Assembly: GCA_963709345.1 (NCBI GenBank)
Contig: CAVPVX010000011.1
Span: 1-64,000 of the forward strand
Source: an uncultured Actinomycetes bacterium
GTDB lineage: Bacteria; Actinomycetota; Thermoleophilia; UBA2241
Length of the DNA stretch: 64,000 bases
Direction: 5' to 3'
Shown here piece after piece: positions 19,260 to 29,665 of this stretch. Position 1 is the first letter of the stretch. Each line of letters begins with the position of its first letter. The translations under genes and the position numbers were made by a program. The notes below the pieces were generated by a model. It ran no database searches and was not told where the DNA came from. It saw only the letters and a program-made list of their open reading frames with translations.

Positions 19260-20341
19260 CGCTCCGACTCCTCTCCGGGGGAGCGCGCGAGGTAGTCGGC
19301 CAGACCGCCCACCAGCGCGCGCGCCAGCGTCTCGATGTGCTCGGGGCTGCGCGCGAGGGTCTCGTCGGCCGGGCAGGAGAGGAACAGAGGCTCGATCATG
19401 AGCGCGATGCCGCGCGTCTCGCGCAGCAGGCCGTAGTTGCGGCCGAAGCGCCCGATCCAGGGGACGCCGGCCGCCGTCATGCGGCCGGCGATGTAGCCGG
19501 CGAGGCGCCGTCCGTGCTCCGAGTAGTAGTGGCTGCGCTGGAAGAAATACGCGGCGCCGCCACGGGCTTCCGGGGCCTCGTTCGCATTGCAGTGCAGCGA
19601 GATGAAGTACGCGGACCCCGCGGCGTTGGCCGCCTCGGCGCGTGCGTAGAGAGGCAGGCGCTCGTCGGTCTCGCGCGTGAGATGCACGCGGCAGCCCTCG
19701 GCGCGCAGCAGCTCCGCGAGACGCCGCCCGAGAGCCAGTGCAACATCCTTCTCGGCGAGCCCGCCGGGAGAGACCTGCCCGGTGTCGGCGCCGCCGTGTC
19801 CGGGGTCGATGGTGACGGACTGGCCGGTGAGGCTGCGCGCCGACACGTACCCGCCGTCGCGCTCGGGGATCTTCTTGCCCTCGCGGCCCGACTCCGCCTT
19901 GCGCAGCGCCGCGAGCTTGCGGATGGTGCTCTCGCCGACGATGCCGTCGAGCGGCAGGCCGGCGTTGCGCTGGAAGTCGAGGACGGCGCGCTCCACATCG
20001 TCGTCGAGCACCCCGCGCTCGGCGCCCGCGTTGAAGCCGAGCAGGTTGAGCTTGACCTGGAGTTCGAGCACGTCGTCGCCGCGGAACGGCGGTTCGCGAA
20101 GGTACAGAAGGCGGTCGCCCAGGGTGTAGCCCGCCTCGACGAGCTCGCGCCACGTGTTGGCTCCGACGCGGCCGTCCACGAGCAGACCGCGCCGCTGCTG
20201 GAACGCGCGCAGCGCCAGCTCCGTGCCGGGGCCGAAGTAGCCGTCGACGCCCTCTCGGCCCAGCTCGAAGCCCTGCCCGCGGAGACGGGTCTGGACGTCG
20301 AGGACTTCTTTGCCGCGGTCGCCGAGAGAGAGGTCGCGCAC
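19256..20341 (-). CDS. N-acetylmuramoyl-L-alanine amidase with two peptidoglycan-binding domains (CwlM-like)
   Basis: Two PG_binding_1 repeats (DG.FGP.T..A.R.FQ...GL.VDG.VG..T), GY.LGDRLLY, IDPGHGG, EK, FISLH; ATGA overlap with pylSc. Confidence 0.85.
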   Translation of the reverse strand: MRDLSLGDRGKEVLDVQTRLRGQGFELGREGVDGYFGPGTELALRAFQQRRGLLVDGRVGANTWRELVEAGYTLGDRLLYLREPPFRGDDVLELQVKLNLLGFNAGAERGVLDDDVERAVLDFQRNAGLPLDGIVGESTIRKLAALRKAESGREGKKIPERDGGYVSARSLTGQSVTIDPGHGGADTGQVSPGGLAEKDVALALGRRLAELLRAEGCRVHLTRETDERLPLYARAEAANAAGSAYFISLHCNANEAPEARGGAAYFFQRSHYYSEHGRRLAGYIAGRMTAAGVPWIGRFGRNYGLLRETRGIALMIEPLFLSCPADETLARSPEHIETLARALVGGLADYLARSPGEESER

Positions 20342-20537
20342 CGGTGACTCCTGGTCGCCAGGCCCTGCTTCGCAAGGCCCGTGTCGCTGGGCCCTGGATT
20401 CTATACGACTCGCCTCGCCCTGGCGGCCTGCGCGCGGGTGAGCCACTGCCGGAGCCGAGGTTAGCGCATCGGCGTCTGGTGGTAGCACCGCATGCGAGGG
20501 CCATCAATCGGGCACGGACATAAGGGAGACGAGGCCG

Positions 20538-20954
20538 ATGGCGATCACGGACCCGGTGACGATCAGCTGGAAGAATGAAGGCCTCCTCTTCGAAGGGCGG
20601 TCGGCGAACGGGCGTGTGGACCTCGTGTCGTCGCTCGACGAGGGCGCCGACGGTGTGAGGCCGATGGAGATGCTCGCGCTTGCCCTCGGTAGCTGCACTG
20701 CCATGGACGTGCTCTCGATTCTGCGCAAGATGCGGCAGCCGATCGAGGCCTTCCGTGTCGAGGTGAGCGGGGAGAAGGCTGAGGACCACCCCAAGCGGTA
20801 TACCTCACTCGAGGTCGTGTACTACTTCAAAGGCGAGCTCGACGCGGCCAAGGTCCGTCGCGCGATCGACCTCTCGGAGACGCGGTACTGCTCGGTGGAG
20901 GCGACCCTACGTCCGGCGGTGCCGATCACGTCGCGATACGTGATCGAGTCCTGA
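20538..20954 (+). CDS. OsmC family protein
   Basis: G.RPME.L..ALGSCTAMDV..ILRKMR, LSE..YCSV. Confidence 0.88.
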   Translation: MAITDPVTISWKNEGLLFEGRSANGRVDLVSSLDEGADGVRPMEMLALALGSCTAMDVLSILRKMRQPIEAFRVEVSGEKAEDHPKRYTSLEVVYYFKGELDAAKVRRAIDLSETRYCSVEATLRPAVPITSRYVIES

Positions 20955-21074
20955 CGACGCTCGGGACGCCCGGGACTTCGCATCCGGAACGAGTTCGCAC
21001 TACGCGCACCGTGTTTACAGGAGTAGTGCCTGACGATACTATCTGGCCAACGACTCCGGCACAGAGGAAGGTGC

Positions 21075-21782
21075 GTGGACCGCGATCACGATTTGTCGGC
21101 CGTCCTGGCGGACGACACGCGCTATCACATTTACAGATCGATCGCGGAGCGACCCGGCGAGGACGTCACCGTGGCCGACGTGGCCGGAGGATTCGGCCTG
21201 CACCCGAACGTCGCCCGGATGCACTTGGCGAAGCTCGAGCAGGCGGGCTTTCTCGTCACCGGCTTCCGTCGCGCCGCCGGTGGCGGGCGCCCCGCCAAGC
21301 TCTATCGCCTGAGCGAGATGGTCGTCACCTTCGGGTTCCCGCCGCGCCGCTACGACCTGCTCTCGCGACTCGCCATCGACGCCCTGGCTTCGGGCGGTAC
21401 GCGAGAGGACGCGCTGCGGGTCTGTCGAGAAGCGGGCGCCGCGGAGGGGAGGCGCGCACTCGCCGGGGAGGCGGGACCGCCTCGCGACGGACCCGCGGCG
21501 GCGACCACGATCTCCGCCATCGCCGAGGAGCAGGGCCTGCTGCCCGATGTCTCGTGGCGTGACGATTCCCTGAGCGTGGTGGTGCACAACTGCGCGTTCA
21601 AGGAGTTGTCGGCCGCCGATCCGGATCTCGTCTGCGCCATGCACCGGGCGTACCTCGAGGGGATCCTCGACGTCGTGACCTCGAGGCTCGGCACGCTGGT
21701 CATCGCCTCGGACGGCCGTCGCATCAGTTGTGGAGACGACTGCTGCGAGCTGGTGTGCTCCTTCCGGCCCCGGCGCGCGTGA
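21075..21782 (+). CDS. Helix-turn-helix transcriptional regulator (ArsR-like HTH plus Cys-containing C-terminal domain)
   Basis: LHPNVARMHL.KLE.AG, GGRPAKLY, NCAF.E...VC.MH.A. Confidence 0.8.
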   Translation: MDRDHDLSAVLADDTRYHIYRSIAERPGEDVTVADVAGGFGLHPNVARMHLAKLEQAGFLVTGFRRAAGGGRPAKLYRLSEMVVTFGFPPRRYDLLSRLAIDALASGGTREDALRVCREAGAAEGRRALAGEAGPPRDGPAAATTISAIAEEQGLLPDVSWRDDSLSVVVHNCAFKELSAADPDLVCAMHRAYLEGILDVVTSRLGTLVIASDGRRISCGDDCCELVCSFRPRRA

Positions 21783-21840
21783 GAGAACGGCTCCGCGCGG
21801 TGATACTCTACCGGCAGCACGCGACCAGAGGGAGACTGAT

Positions 21841-22194
21841 CTGAGCATCGACGAGGCCATCCGAGATCTGCTCGACGTGTCCACCGACATCCGGTCGGTC
21901 GCCGTCCTCGACGGCGACGGGTCGTTCGTCGCCGGTGGCCCTGGGACGTACGAGTCCGCCGCAGCGCCGGTCGGTCGTCTGTGGGACGCGGCCGTTCTCC
22001 GTGCCCGGGCGTTCGGGGATACGCTGCTCGACCACGTCTTCGTCCCCGGCCGCAACGGGTGCGTCGCCGTCGTGTCCGCGCGTGGACGTCGCATCGTCGC
22101 GCTCACGGGTCCACAGCCGGCCGTCGGCCTGCTCCTCTTCGACCTGCGCACGTGCCTGGGCGATGCCTATGCCGGCGAGGAGGGCTCGCCGTGA
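21841..22194 (+). CDS. Roadblock/LC7-like protein (CTG start)
   Basis: LLDVSTDIRSVAVLDGDG..., VGLLLFDLR; SD GAGGGAG upstream. Confidence 0.6.
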   Translation: MSIDEAIRDLLDVSTDIRSVAVLDGDGSFVAGGPGTYESAAAPVGRLWDAAVLRARAFGDTLLDHVFVPGRNGCVAVVSARGRRIVALTGPQPAVGLLLFDLRTCLGDAYAGEEGSP

Positions 22195-22409
22195 AGGCGC
22201 GTCGCATCACCCTGATCGCGCTGGCCGCCGGCAGTATCGCCGGGCTTCTATGGTGGCGTCGCCGCGGCGGCACGTCGGTGTCGCAGACGTCGGCCCAGCT
22301 CGGCCTGGCCGACGGGAGCGTGCACGTGCTCGACTCCGCCGGCCCTGCGGTGGCCGAATTGGAGAGTCTTTCGGCGGCCGTGCGCGCGGTCATGACGGAG
22401 CAGCCCTGA
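22191..22409 (+). CDS. Small membrane-anchored hypothetical protein
   Basis: GTGA overlap with the previous gene and TGATG overlap with tldD; N-terminal TM segment followed by WWRRR. Confidence 0.55.
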   Translation: MKARRITLIALAAGSIAGLLWWRRRGGTSVSQTSAQLGLADGSVHVLDSAGPAVAELESLSAAVRAVMTEQP

Positions 22410-23809
22410 TGGACGTCAGGTCGTTCGACACCGGTCTTCTCGAGGCGACGATCGCGAAGGCCCTGCATCGAGGCGGCGACTTCGCCGAGGTGTACGTGGA
22501 AGACCGCGAGAGCCTCGGTCTGCGCCTGGAGGACGGGCGCATCGAGCAGACGAGCGGCGGCCGCGAGCTCGGCGCCGCCGTGCGGCTGCTCTCCGGGGAG
22601 CACACCTACTACGCCTACAGCGACGCCGTCGACGAGGCCGGTCTCCTGGCCGCCGCCGACGCGGTCGCCGCGGCGGTCAGTTCGGGGAAGCCGGGCAGCT
22701 CGGTGGTCCGGCTCGTCGCGGTGCGCGCCGACACCAACCGGCACCCGGTCCTCACGCCTCCGTCCACCGTCGCGATCGCCCGCAAGGCCGAGCTGGTCCG
22801 GGCCGGTGACGAAGCGGCGCGCAGCGCCGGCGCGGAGATAGCCCAGGCCATCGTCGGCTACGGCGACACCCGCCAGCGGGTCCTCATCGCCAACTCGCTG
22901 GGCGACCTCGTCTTCGACGACCGCACGCGCACGCGCTTCTCCGCCCAGGTCGTGGCTCGCCGTGGCGAAGTGATCCAGACCGGTCACGAGACGGTCGGCG
23001 GCAGTGCCGGATTCGAGCTTCTCGACGAGGCTACGGCGCGCGACGTGGCGGCGACAGCGGCAGAGAAGGCGCGCGCCATGCTGGACTCCAGGCCCGCACC
23101 TGTCGGCGCGATGCCGGTAGTCCTGGCCAACGGCTTCGGAGGCACGCTCTTCCACGAGGCCTGCGGCCACGGGCTCGAGGCCGACGCCATCGCCAAGGGC
23201 GCGAGCATCTACGAGGGAAAGCTGGGCGAAGTCGTGGCCGCTCCCATCGTCAGTGCGTTCGACGAAGGCTCTCTGCCCAACGGCTGGGGCTCGCAGGCGT
23301 TTGACGACGAGGGCACGCCGACCCAGAAGACGCTGGTCATCGAGGAGGGCCGCCTCACCGGCTATCTGTATGACCGGCTGCGGGCCCGCGAGGTGGGCGC
23401 CGAGCCTACGGGCAACGGCCGCCGGCAGTCCTTCCGCCACGTCCCGATCCCGAGGATGACGACCACCTACATCGCGCCGGGAGACGCGTCGCCGGACGAG
23501 ATCATCGCAGCGACGCCTCGAGGCTTCTATGCCAAGAGCCTGGCCGGCGGGCAGGTCGAGCCGGCCAGCGGCAGTTTCGTGTTCGGCGTCGCCGAGGGCT
23601 ACCTCATCGAGAACGGCAAGGTGACGACCCCTTTGCGCGGGGCCACGCTCGTCGGCAACGGGATCGACATCCTCATGAAGATCGACATGATCGCGAACGA
23701 CTTCGACGTCAAGACCGGCATCTGCGGCAAGGACGGCCAGGGTGTGCCGGTCGGAACCGGCCAGGCGACCCTGCGCATCGCCGAGATGACGGTGGGGGGG
23801 ACGGGCTGA
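22409..23809 (+). CDS. tldD: TldD family metalloprotease
   Basis: DFAEVYVE, LFHEACGHGLEAD, FDDEGTP, TGNGRRQS....PIPRMT.T, CGKDGQGVPV..GQ.TL. Confidence 0.93.
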   Translation: MDVRSFDTGLLEATIAKALHRGGDFAEVYVEDRESLGLRLEDGRIEQTSGGRELGAAVRLLSGEHTYYAYSDAVDEAGLLAAADAVAAAVSSGKPGSSVVRLVAVRADTNRHPVLTPPSTVAIARKAELVRAGDEAARSAGAEIAQAIVGYGDTRQRVLIANSLGDLVFDDRTRTRFSAQVVARRGEVIQTGHETVGGSAGFELLDEATARDVAATAAEKARAMLDSRPAPVGAMPVVLANGFGGTLFHEACGHGLEADAIAKGASIYEGKLGEVVAAPIVSAFDEGSLPNGWGSQAFDDEGTPTQKTLVIEEGRLTGYLYDRLRAREVGAEPTGNGRRQSFRHVPIPRMTTTYIAPGDASPDEIIAATPRGFYAKSLAGGQVEPASGSFVFGVAEGYLIENGKVTTPLRGATLVGNGIDILMKIDMIANDFDVKTGICGKDGQGVPVGTGQATLRIAEMTVGGTG

Positions 23810-25149
23810 TGTTCGACGTTCTCGACGCGATCCTCGAGCGTGCGGCCGCCGCGGGCGCCTGTGATGTCGAGGCCTATGCGGAGAGCTCGACGTCGCATCG
23901 CATCAAGGTGTACCGGCAGGAGGTCGAACAGCTGACCGCTGCGCGGCATCGCGGCGTCGGCGTCCGGGTCTTCCGCGACGGCGCCGTGGGGCACGCGTAC
24001 ACGTCGGACCTGAGCGACGAAGCGCTCAATGCGGTCGTGCGGCGCGCCGTCGAGCATGCGGCCGTGAGCGATCCGGACGAGTTCGCCGCGTTGCCGGCGC
24101 CCGCAGGCGAGCCGGCCGACGTGCACCCGTTCGACCCACGGCTGACGGCGACGACCGACGAGGAGCGCATCGCCGTCGCGCTCGAGGTCGAGGCGACGGC
24201 GCTGGCCGCCGACCCGCGCGTCAAGACCGTCGAGGACACGATGTACGTCGACGGCGACGGCGAGGTCTTCATCGCCAGCACCGCCGGCGTGCGCGGCAGC
24301 TACCGCGCCGGGCAGTGTTACGCGTTCGCCTACGTGCTCGCCGAGCAGGAGGACCAGGTCGAGACCGGCTACTCCTACAGCGTCGGCCGGGCGCTCCAGG
24401 ATCTGGAGCCGGCAGCCGTCGGGCGCGAAGCCACCGAGAGAGCCGTCCGGCTGCTCGGCGCCCGCAAGTGCCCGTCCATGAAGGCGCCGGTGATCCTGGA
24501 TCCGTTCGTGTCCGCGGCGTTCTTCGGCGTGCTGAGCTCGGCCCTCACGGCCGACGCCGTGCAGAAAGGACGCTCGCTCTTCGCCGGGCGCGAGGGCGAG
24601 CGGGTCGCCGGGGAGCTCCTCCAGCTGGTCGACGACGGCACGCTCGAGGACGGCATCGAGAGCGCCCCGTTCGACGGCGAGGGCACGCCCTGCGGCCGCA
24701 CGCCGCTCATCACCGGCGGTGTGCTCCAGGGCTTCCTCTACGACACGTATACGGCGCGGAAGGCCGGCCGCGAAAGCACCGGCAACGGCCTCCGTGGCGG
24801 CTACTCGGGGCTGCCCGGCGTGCGGCCGACGAACCTTGTGGTCGCCGGGCCGGCGACCCCGCTGGCCGAGATCGTCGCCGGCATGGACCGCGGCGTACTC
24901 GTGACTGACGCGGTGGGCATCCACTCCGGCGCCAATCCCATCTCGGGCGAGTTCTCCGTCGGCATCAGCGGCGTACTCATCGAGGCCGGTCAGTTCACGA
25001 CGCCGGTGCGAGAGGTCACTCTTGCCGGTGACATCGTCGGTATGCTCACCGGTATCCGGGCGCTCGGTGACGACGCCCGCTGGGTCCCCGCCGGCGCCGT
25101 CCGTACGCCGTCCGTGGTCATCGACGGCATGGCCGTCGGCGGTACCTGA
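23809..25149 (+). CDS. pmbA: PmbA/TldE family protein
   Basis: PFDGEG.P, G.LYDTY.A.K.G..STGN, N.ISGEFS, TPS..I..M.VGG; lacks HExxxH. Confidence 0.9.
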   Translation: MFDVLDAILERAAAAGACDVEAYAESSTSHRIKVYRQEVEQLTAARHRGVGVRVFRDGAVGHAYTSDLSDEALNAVVRRAVEHAAVSDPDEFAALPAPAGEPADVHPFDPRLTATTDEERIAVALEVEATALAADPRVKTVEDTMYVDGDGEVFIASTAGVRGSYRAGQCYAFAYVLAEQEDQVETGYSYSVGRALQDLEPAAVGREATERAVRLLGARKCPSMKAPVILDPFVSAAFFGVLSSALTADAVQKGRSLFAGREGERVAGELLQLVDDGTLEDGIESAPFDGEGTPCGRTPLITGGVLQGFLYDTYTARKAGRESTGNGLRGGYSGLPGVRPTNLVVAGPATPLAEIVAGMDRGVLVTDAVGIHSGANPISGEFSVGISGVLIEAGQFTTPVREVTLAGDIVGMLTGIRALGDDARWVPAGAVRTPSVVIDGMAVGGT

Positions 25150-25212
25150 TACGGTCTGCCGGGGCTCGTCCGCGGGTCCCGAGTTCGACCTCAGACGACT
25201 GAAGGGAGCCCC

Positions 25213-25746
25213 GTGAGCGATGATCTCGGCAAGCGCCTGCTTGAGGCCAGCTACCTCGAGGGCGACTTCGTCCTCCGGTCGGGCCGCCGCAGCAGGTTCT
25301 ACCTCGACAAGTACCTGTTCTCGACGCGACCGGATCTGCTGCGCGACATCGCCGCCGGCCTGGCGGCGAAGCTGCCGGCGTACGAGCCCTTCGACTTGCT
25401 GGCCGGCCCGGAGCTCGGCGCCGTGGCCATCGTCGCCGCCGTGTCGCTCGCCTGCGGCAAACCGTTCGTGATCGTGCGCAAGGGCGCCAAGGGCTACGGC
25501 ACCGACAAGGCGATGGAAGGCAAAGCCGAGGTCGGGCAGCGGGTCGTCATGATCGAGGACATCGTCACGTCGGGCGGCGCCGCGCTCATGGCCGTGGACA
25601 GGTTGCGCGAGGTGGGGCTCGATGTGGGGACGCTGCTCTGCGTGGTCGACCGCGAAGAGGGCGGCCGGGCGCAGATCGAGGCCAAGGGCCTCACGCTGGA
25701 TCCACTGTTCACGGCCACGTCTCTCGGGATCAAGAAGGCGGAGTAG
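25213..25746 (+). CDS. pyrE: Orotate phosphoribosyltransferase
   Basis: GDFVLRSGRRS.FY.DK, VRK..KGYG, IEDIVTSGG, VVDREEG. Confidence 0.92.
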   Translation: MSDDLGKRLLEASYLEGDFVLRSGRRSRFYLDKYLFSTRPDLLRDIAAGLAAKLPAYEPFDLLAGPELGAVAIVAAVSLACGKPFVIVRKGAKGYGTDKAMEGKAEVGQRVVMIEDIVTSGGAALMAVDRLREVGLDVGTLLCVVDREEGGRAQIEAKGLTLDPLFTATSLGIKKAE

Positions 25747-25801
25747 CGACCGGGGCGTCCACACCCGAGGCCGCCGGCAGCCGCTCCGCCGCGCCCCGTC
25801 G

Positions 25802-26431
25802 TCACTGCACCGTGAACGTCCCCACGGCGGCGTCCAGCGTACCGCTGATGGATTCCCACTCCGCCGACGTCGCCTGCGCGGTGATCTGGAACTCGTACTG
25901 CCCATTGATCAGGAAGTAGGTGACGGCGGTGTTCTCCGTGCCCTCCTCCGTGTAGACATACTTGAAGCCGTAGCCGGGGGTGCCGTTGATCTCGGCCTCC
26001 TGGAGAGGCTCGACGACCTCGGCCGCCGGCGCGGAACCCATGAGCTGGTCGACGATACCCTGGACCTCCTGTTCCAGCTGCGGGACCTCCTCGGGCTCGA
26101 CGGCGCGGGTGAGTTCGTAGACGGAGATCTGGATCACGTTCACGTACCGGTCCGAGATCGTCGGGCCGTCCTTGTCGGCGAAGACGATGCTGAAGACCGC
26201 CTCGCCTCCGGTGCTGGCCGAGGAGACGGGCTCGCCTTCGGTGAACCGGGCATCGTACGTGATGCTGAAGCCGTACTCGGCGTCGGTGTAGGTCGTCATC
26301 TCGTCGCCCGATGAGCCTCCACCCGGCTGGTCGCCGGAGTCACTGCCGCCACCGCCGCTGCAGGCGCCGACGGTGAGCAGCAGGCCCGCCAGCAGCAGGA
26401 GTAGAGCCATGGACCTGCGGATCTCGTGCAC
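25802..26431 (-). CDS. Lipoprotein with a PsbP-like fold
   Basis: LLTVGAC lipobox, Gly/Ser linker, YTDAEYGFSITY; SD GGAGG. Confidence 0.65.
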   Translation of the reverse strand: MHEIRRSMALLLLLAGLLLTVGACSGGGGSDSGDQPGGGSSGDEMTTYTDAEYGFSITYDARFTEGEPVSSASTGGEAVFSIVFADKDGPTISDRYVNVIQISVYELTRAVEPEEVPQLEQEVQGIVDQLMGSAPAAEVVEPLQEAEINGTPGYGFKYVYTEEGTENTAVTYFLINGQYEFQITAQATSAEWESISGTLDAAVGTFTVQ

Positions 26432-26532
26432 TGGTCCTCCTCGGAGAGAGATGTCGGGGCGCGGTTCAACCGCCGGGTGATGGGTCCTTCGCACGCTGTC
26501 GGCCGCGGGGCGTGCCTTCTCGTGGCCCGGGG

Positions 26533-28008
26533 TCAGACGACCACCCGAAGGGTGCGAAGCGCGCGGTCTTCGGGGCCGTGCACCTTGAGCCCGGTGGCCG
26601 CCGCCTCCAGCAGATAGGCGACGATCTCGGCCGAGATCTCTTCGCCTGGCCCCAGCACCGGGATGCCGGGCGGGTACGGCGTGACCATCTCGGCGCTCGC
26701 GTGACCGGCACACTCCGCCAGCAGCAGGGCGTGTGACGGCGCGAAGAAGGCGTCGCGCGGCGAGAGGATCTGGCGGGTGAAAGCGGGCGTGTGGGAGAGC
26801 AGGCCGGAGCAGGCGGCGGAGCCGCCACCGCCGGCCACCCCTCGAAACCTCGCCGCCAGGTCGCGGAGCGCCGCGACGAGCAGTTCGAGGTCGGAGCGTG
26901 AGTCGCCGTAGGTGACGTTGAGCACGACGTTGAGGGCGTCGGCCGCCTCGACGGCGATGTGGTAGTCGTCGCGCAGGACGGTCTCGAGCTGATGACCGCT
27001 CAGGCAGAGGTCGCAGGCGGAGACCGTGAGCCGTGTGGGGTCGAGCTCGGCGACTCCCTCGCGCTCGAGGATCTCGGCCCCGAGGCAGCGCAGGCCGGCG
27101 ATGTTCCCGATCTCGGCGCGCGCCCAGTTCGCCAGCTCGATCGCTCCACGCCACAGCTCGGCGCCTCGCGTCGCCATCTGCTGGCGCGCCGCGTCGATGC
27201 TCGCGTAGATCAGGATCTGCGGACTGGTGCTCTGAGTGAGGTTCACCGTGGTGTCCAGCCGGTCGAGGTTGAGACGCTCGCCGCGAGCCATGAGGACAGA
27301 CGATTGCGTGATGCCGCTGATCAGCTTGTGCGTGCTCACGACCGCGGCGTCGGCGCCGGCCGACATGGCGTCCACAGGCAGTTCCGGGGAGAACCGCAGG
27401 TGCGGGCCCCACGCCTGGTCGGTGACGAAGGGCATCGCGGCGGCCTGGGCGAGGCCGGCGACGGCGGCGAGGTCGGCGCCCAGGCCGTTGTACGTGGGCG
27501 ACGTGACGAAGATCGCCTTCGCCTGCGGCGTCGCCTGCAGGGCGCGCAGCGCGTCGCCGGGTCGGATGTTGAGCGGGATGCCCCAGAGCGGGTCGATCAC
27601 CGGCTCCATGTACACGGGCACGGCTCCGGAGAAGATCAGGCCGGCGAGCATCGACTTGTGGGCGTTGCGCGGGATGATCACCGTGTCGCCCGGACCGCAC
27701 AAGGAGAGGACGAGAGCGTGGATCCCGCTGGTCGAGCCGTTCACGAGGAACCAGCAGCGGTCTCCGCCCCACGCCTCGGCGGCGTAGTCCTCGGCCAGGC
27801 GGATGAGATGCGTGGACTCACGTGTGTCCTCGACACCGCCGGCCATCGCGATGTCGACCGAGAGACACGTGTCGCCGACGAGCTCACGAAGGCCCGATGG
27901 GGCGCCCCTGCCCAGCTTGTGACCGGGTGTGTGGAACGGGGTGTGCCCGGTCGCGCGGTAGCGCAGCGCGGCGTCAAGGTACGGCGTGTCTTCCTGGTCG
28001 TACGGCAC
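26533..28008 (-). CDS. Arginine/lysine/ornithine decarboxylase (PLP, fold I)
   Basis: FHTPGHK, FLVNGSTSG, PRNAHKS, TSPTYNG, STHK, TQSTSP, PYPPGIPVL.PGE. Confidence 0.9.
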   Translation of the reverse strand: MPYDQEDTPYLDAALRYRATGHTPFHTPGHKLGRGAPSGLRELVGDTCLSVDIAMAGGVEDTRESTHLIRLAEDYAAEAWGGDRCWFLVNGSTSGIHALVLSLCGPGDTVIIPRNAHKSMLAGLIFSGAVPVYMEPVIDPLWGIPLNIRPGDALRALQATPQAKAIFVTSPTYNGLGADLAAVAGLAQAAAMPFVTDQAWGPHLRFSPELPVDAMSAGADAAVVSTHKLISGITQSSVLMARGERLNLDRLDTTVNLTQSTSPQILIYASIDAARQQMATRGAELWRGAIELANWARAEIGNIAGLRCLGAEILEREGVAELDPTRLTVSACDLCLSGHQLETVLRDDYHIAVEAADALNVVLNVTYGDSRSDLELLVAALRDLAARFRGVAGGGGSAACSGLLSHTPAFTRQILSPRDAFFAPSHALLLAECAGHASAEMVTPYPPGIPVLGPGEEISAEIVAYLLEAAATGLKVHGPEDRALRTLRVVV

Positions 28009-28199
28009 GTGGTCCTCCCGGTGTTCCGCGGGCTCGTCGGGTCGTCCCGGCGAGAGCCCTCCGCGGCAAGCATAGCAAGCCGCGTCACCCACCGCCCGCC
28101 GCGTCAGCGGCGTGCGCTTGCGAGAGGGATGGGGGTCGTGGACGAAGTGATACACTCAAGCTGTTTTGCAGGGGAAACCACTGCTCCGGAGGAGTAACG

Positions 28200-29665
28200 A
28201 TCAACCTGAAGTCGACGGTGAGGGTACGGTTCGCGCCGAGCCCGACGGGCATGCTGCACATCGGTTCGGCGCGCACGGCGCTGTACAACTACCTCTTCGC
28301 TCGCCATACGGGCGGCGCTCTCGTGCTCCGCGTCGACGACACCGACGCCGCTCGCTCTGAGGCCGCCCTCGAGGCTGCGATCATGGCCGATCTGCGCTGG
28401 CTGGGGATCGAGTGGGACGAGGGGCCAGACGTGGGAGGTCCCGCCGGTCCGTACCGCCAGCAAGAGCGTCTGGAGCGGTATCGCGTGGCGGCCGGCGCCC
28501 TGCTCGAGAGCGGTCGGGCGTACAGGTGCTTCTGCCCCGAGGAGCGCCTCGAAGAGCTGCGCCGCGAGGCCCTGGCCGCCGGGCGCACGCCGCGCTACGA
28601 CCGCCGGTGTCTCGGTCTGCCGCCCGATGAGGCACAGCGCAGGGTGGCCGCCGGGGAGCCGGCGGCGGTCCGCTTCCGGGTGCCCGCGGGGGAGGTCGTC
28701 ATCGACGACCTGATCCGCGGGCACGTCACGATAGAGCATGCAGCGCTCAGCGATCCCATCATCGTGCGCTCGGACGGCGTGGCGGGCTACAACTTCGCGA
28801 GCGTCGTCGACGATCTCGCGATGGGCATCACGCACGTCATCCGCGGCGACGACCATCTCACCAACACGGCGCGCCAGCAGTTGCTGTACGAGGCGCTCGG
28901 CGGGCCGGTGCCGCGCTTCGCGCACCACTCCATGGTCCTCGGGCCGGACGGCGGCAAGCTCAGCAAGCGCCACGGCGCCGCGGCCGTCGGGGACTACCGC
29001 GATCTCGGCTACCTGCCCTCGGCCATCGTGAACTACCTTGCGCTTCTCGGCTGGTCGCACGGCGAGGACGAGGTGCTCGGCATGGAGCGCCTCGTCGCCG
29101 AGTTCGTGCCGGAGAAGCTGTCGGCGAGCCCGGCCATCTTCGATCTTCCCAAGCTCGACTGGCTCGACCACGAGCACATCATGGCGCTCGCGCCGGAGGA
29201 GCACGAGCGCCTCTTCGCCGAGCGGCTGCCGGCGGCGACGCCGCCCAGGCGGCCGCGGCGCTGGCGGCGGCCTTCCAGCCGTCGCTGGTGCGGTACGGCG
29301 AGGCGCCGGCGCTGGCCGCGGCGGTGCTCGAGCCGCCCGCCACGCAGCCCGATCGGGCCGTCGCGTTCGCCGCCGCCGCCGCGCCCCTGGCGCGGGTGCG
29401 CGCGCTTCGCTTGGACGCGCCGGAGTGGCTCACGCCCGCGACCGCCCGCGACCTGCTCGCCGCCTACCGCGCCTGGGGCAAGGATCAAGGCATCGGCGCG
29501 CGCGACCTGCTCATGCCGCTGCGCATCGCCCTGACGGCGACCGAGCACGGTCCCGAACTGCCTTTCGTGCTGGCCGCACTCGCTCGCGACGCCACGCTGG
29601 CGCGCCTCGACCTCGCCATCGCCGGGAACGCTGCCGATGGGCCCACGACGACTCCGGGAGAATGA
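28200..29665 (+). CDS. gltX: Glutamate--tRNA ligase (frameshift near 29246, probably a sequencing error; start ATC 28200 or GTG 28218)
   Basis: RFAPSPTG.LHIG, THVIRGDDH, KLSKRHG; the C-terminal P.R.ALT...HGPEL lies in a second frame. Confidence 0.9.
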
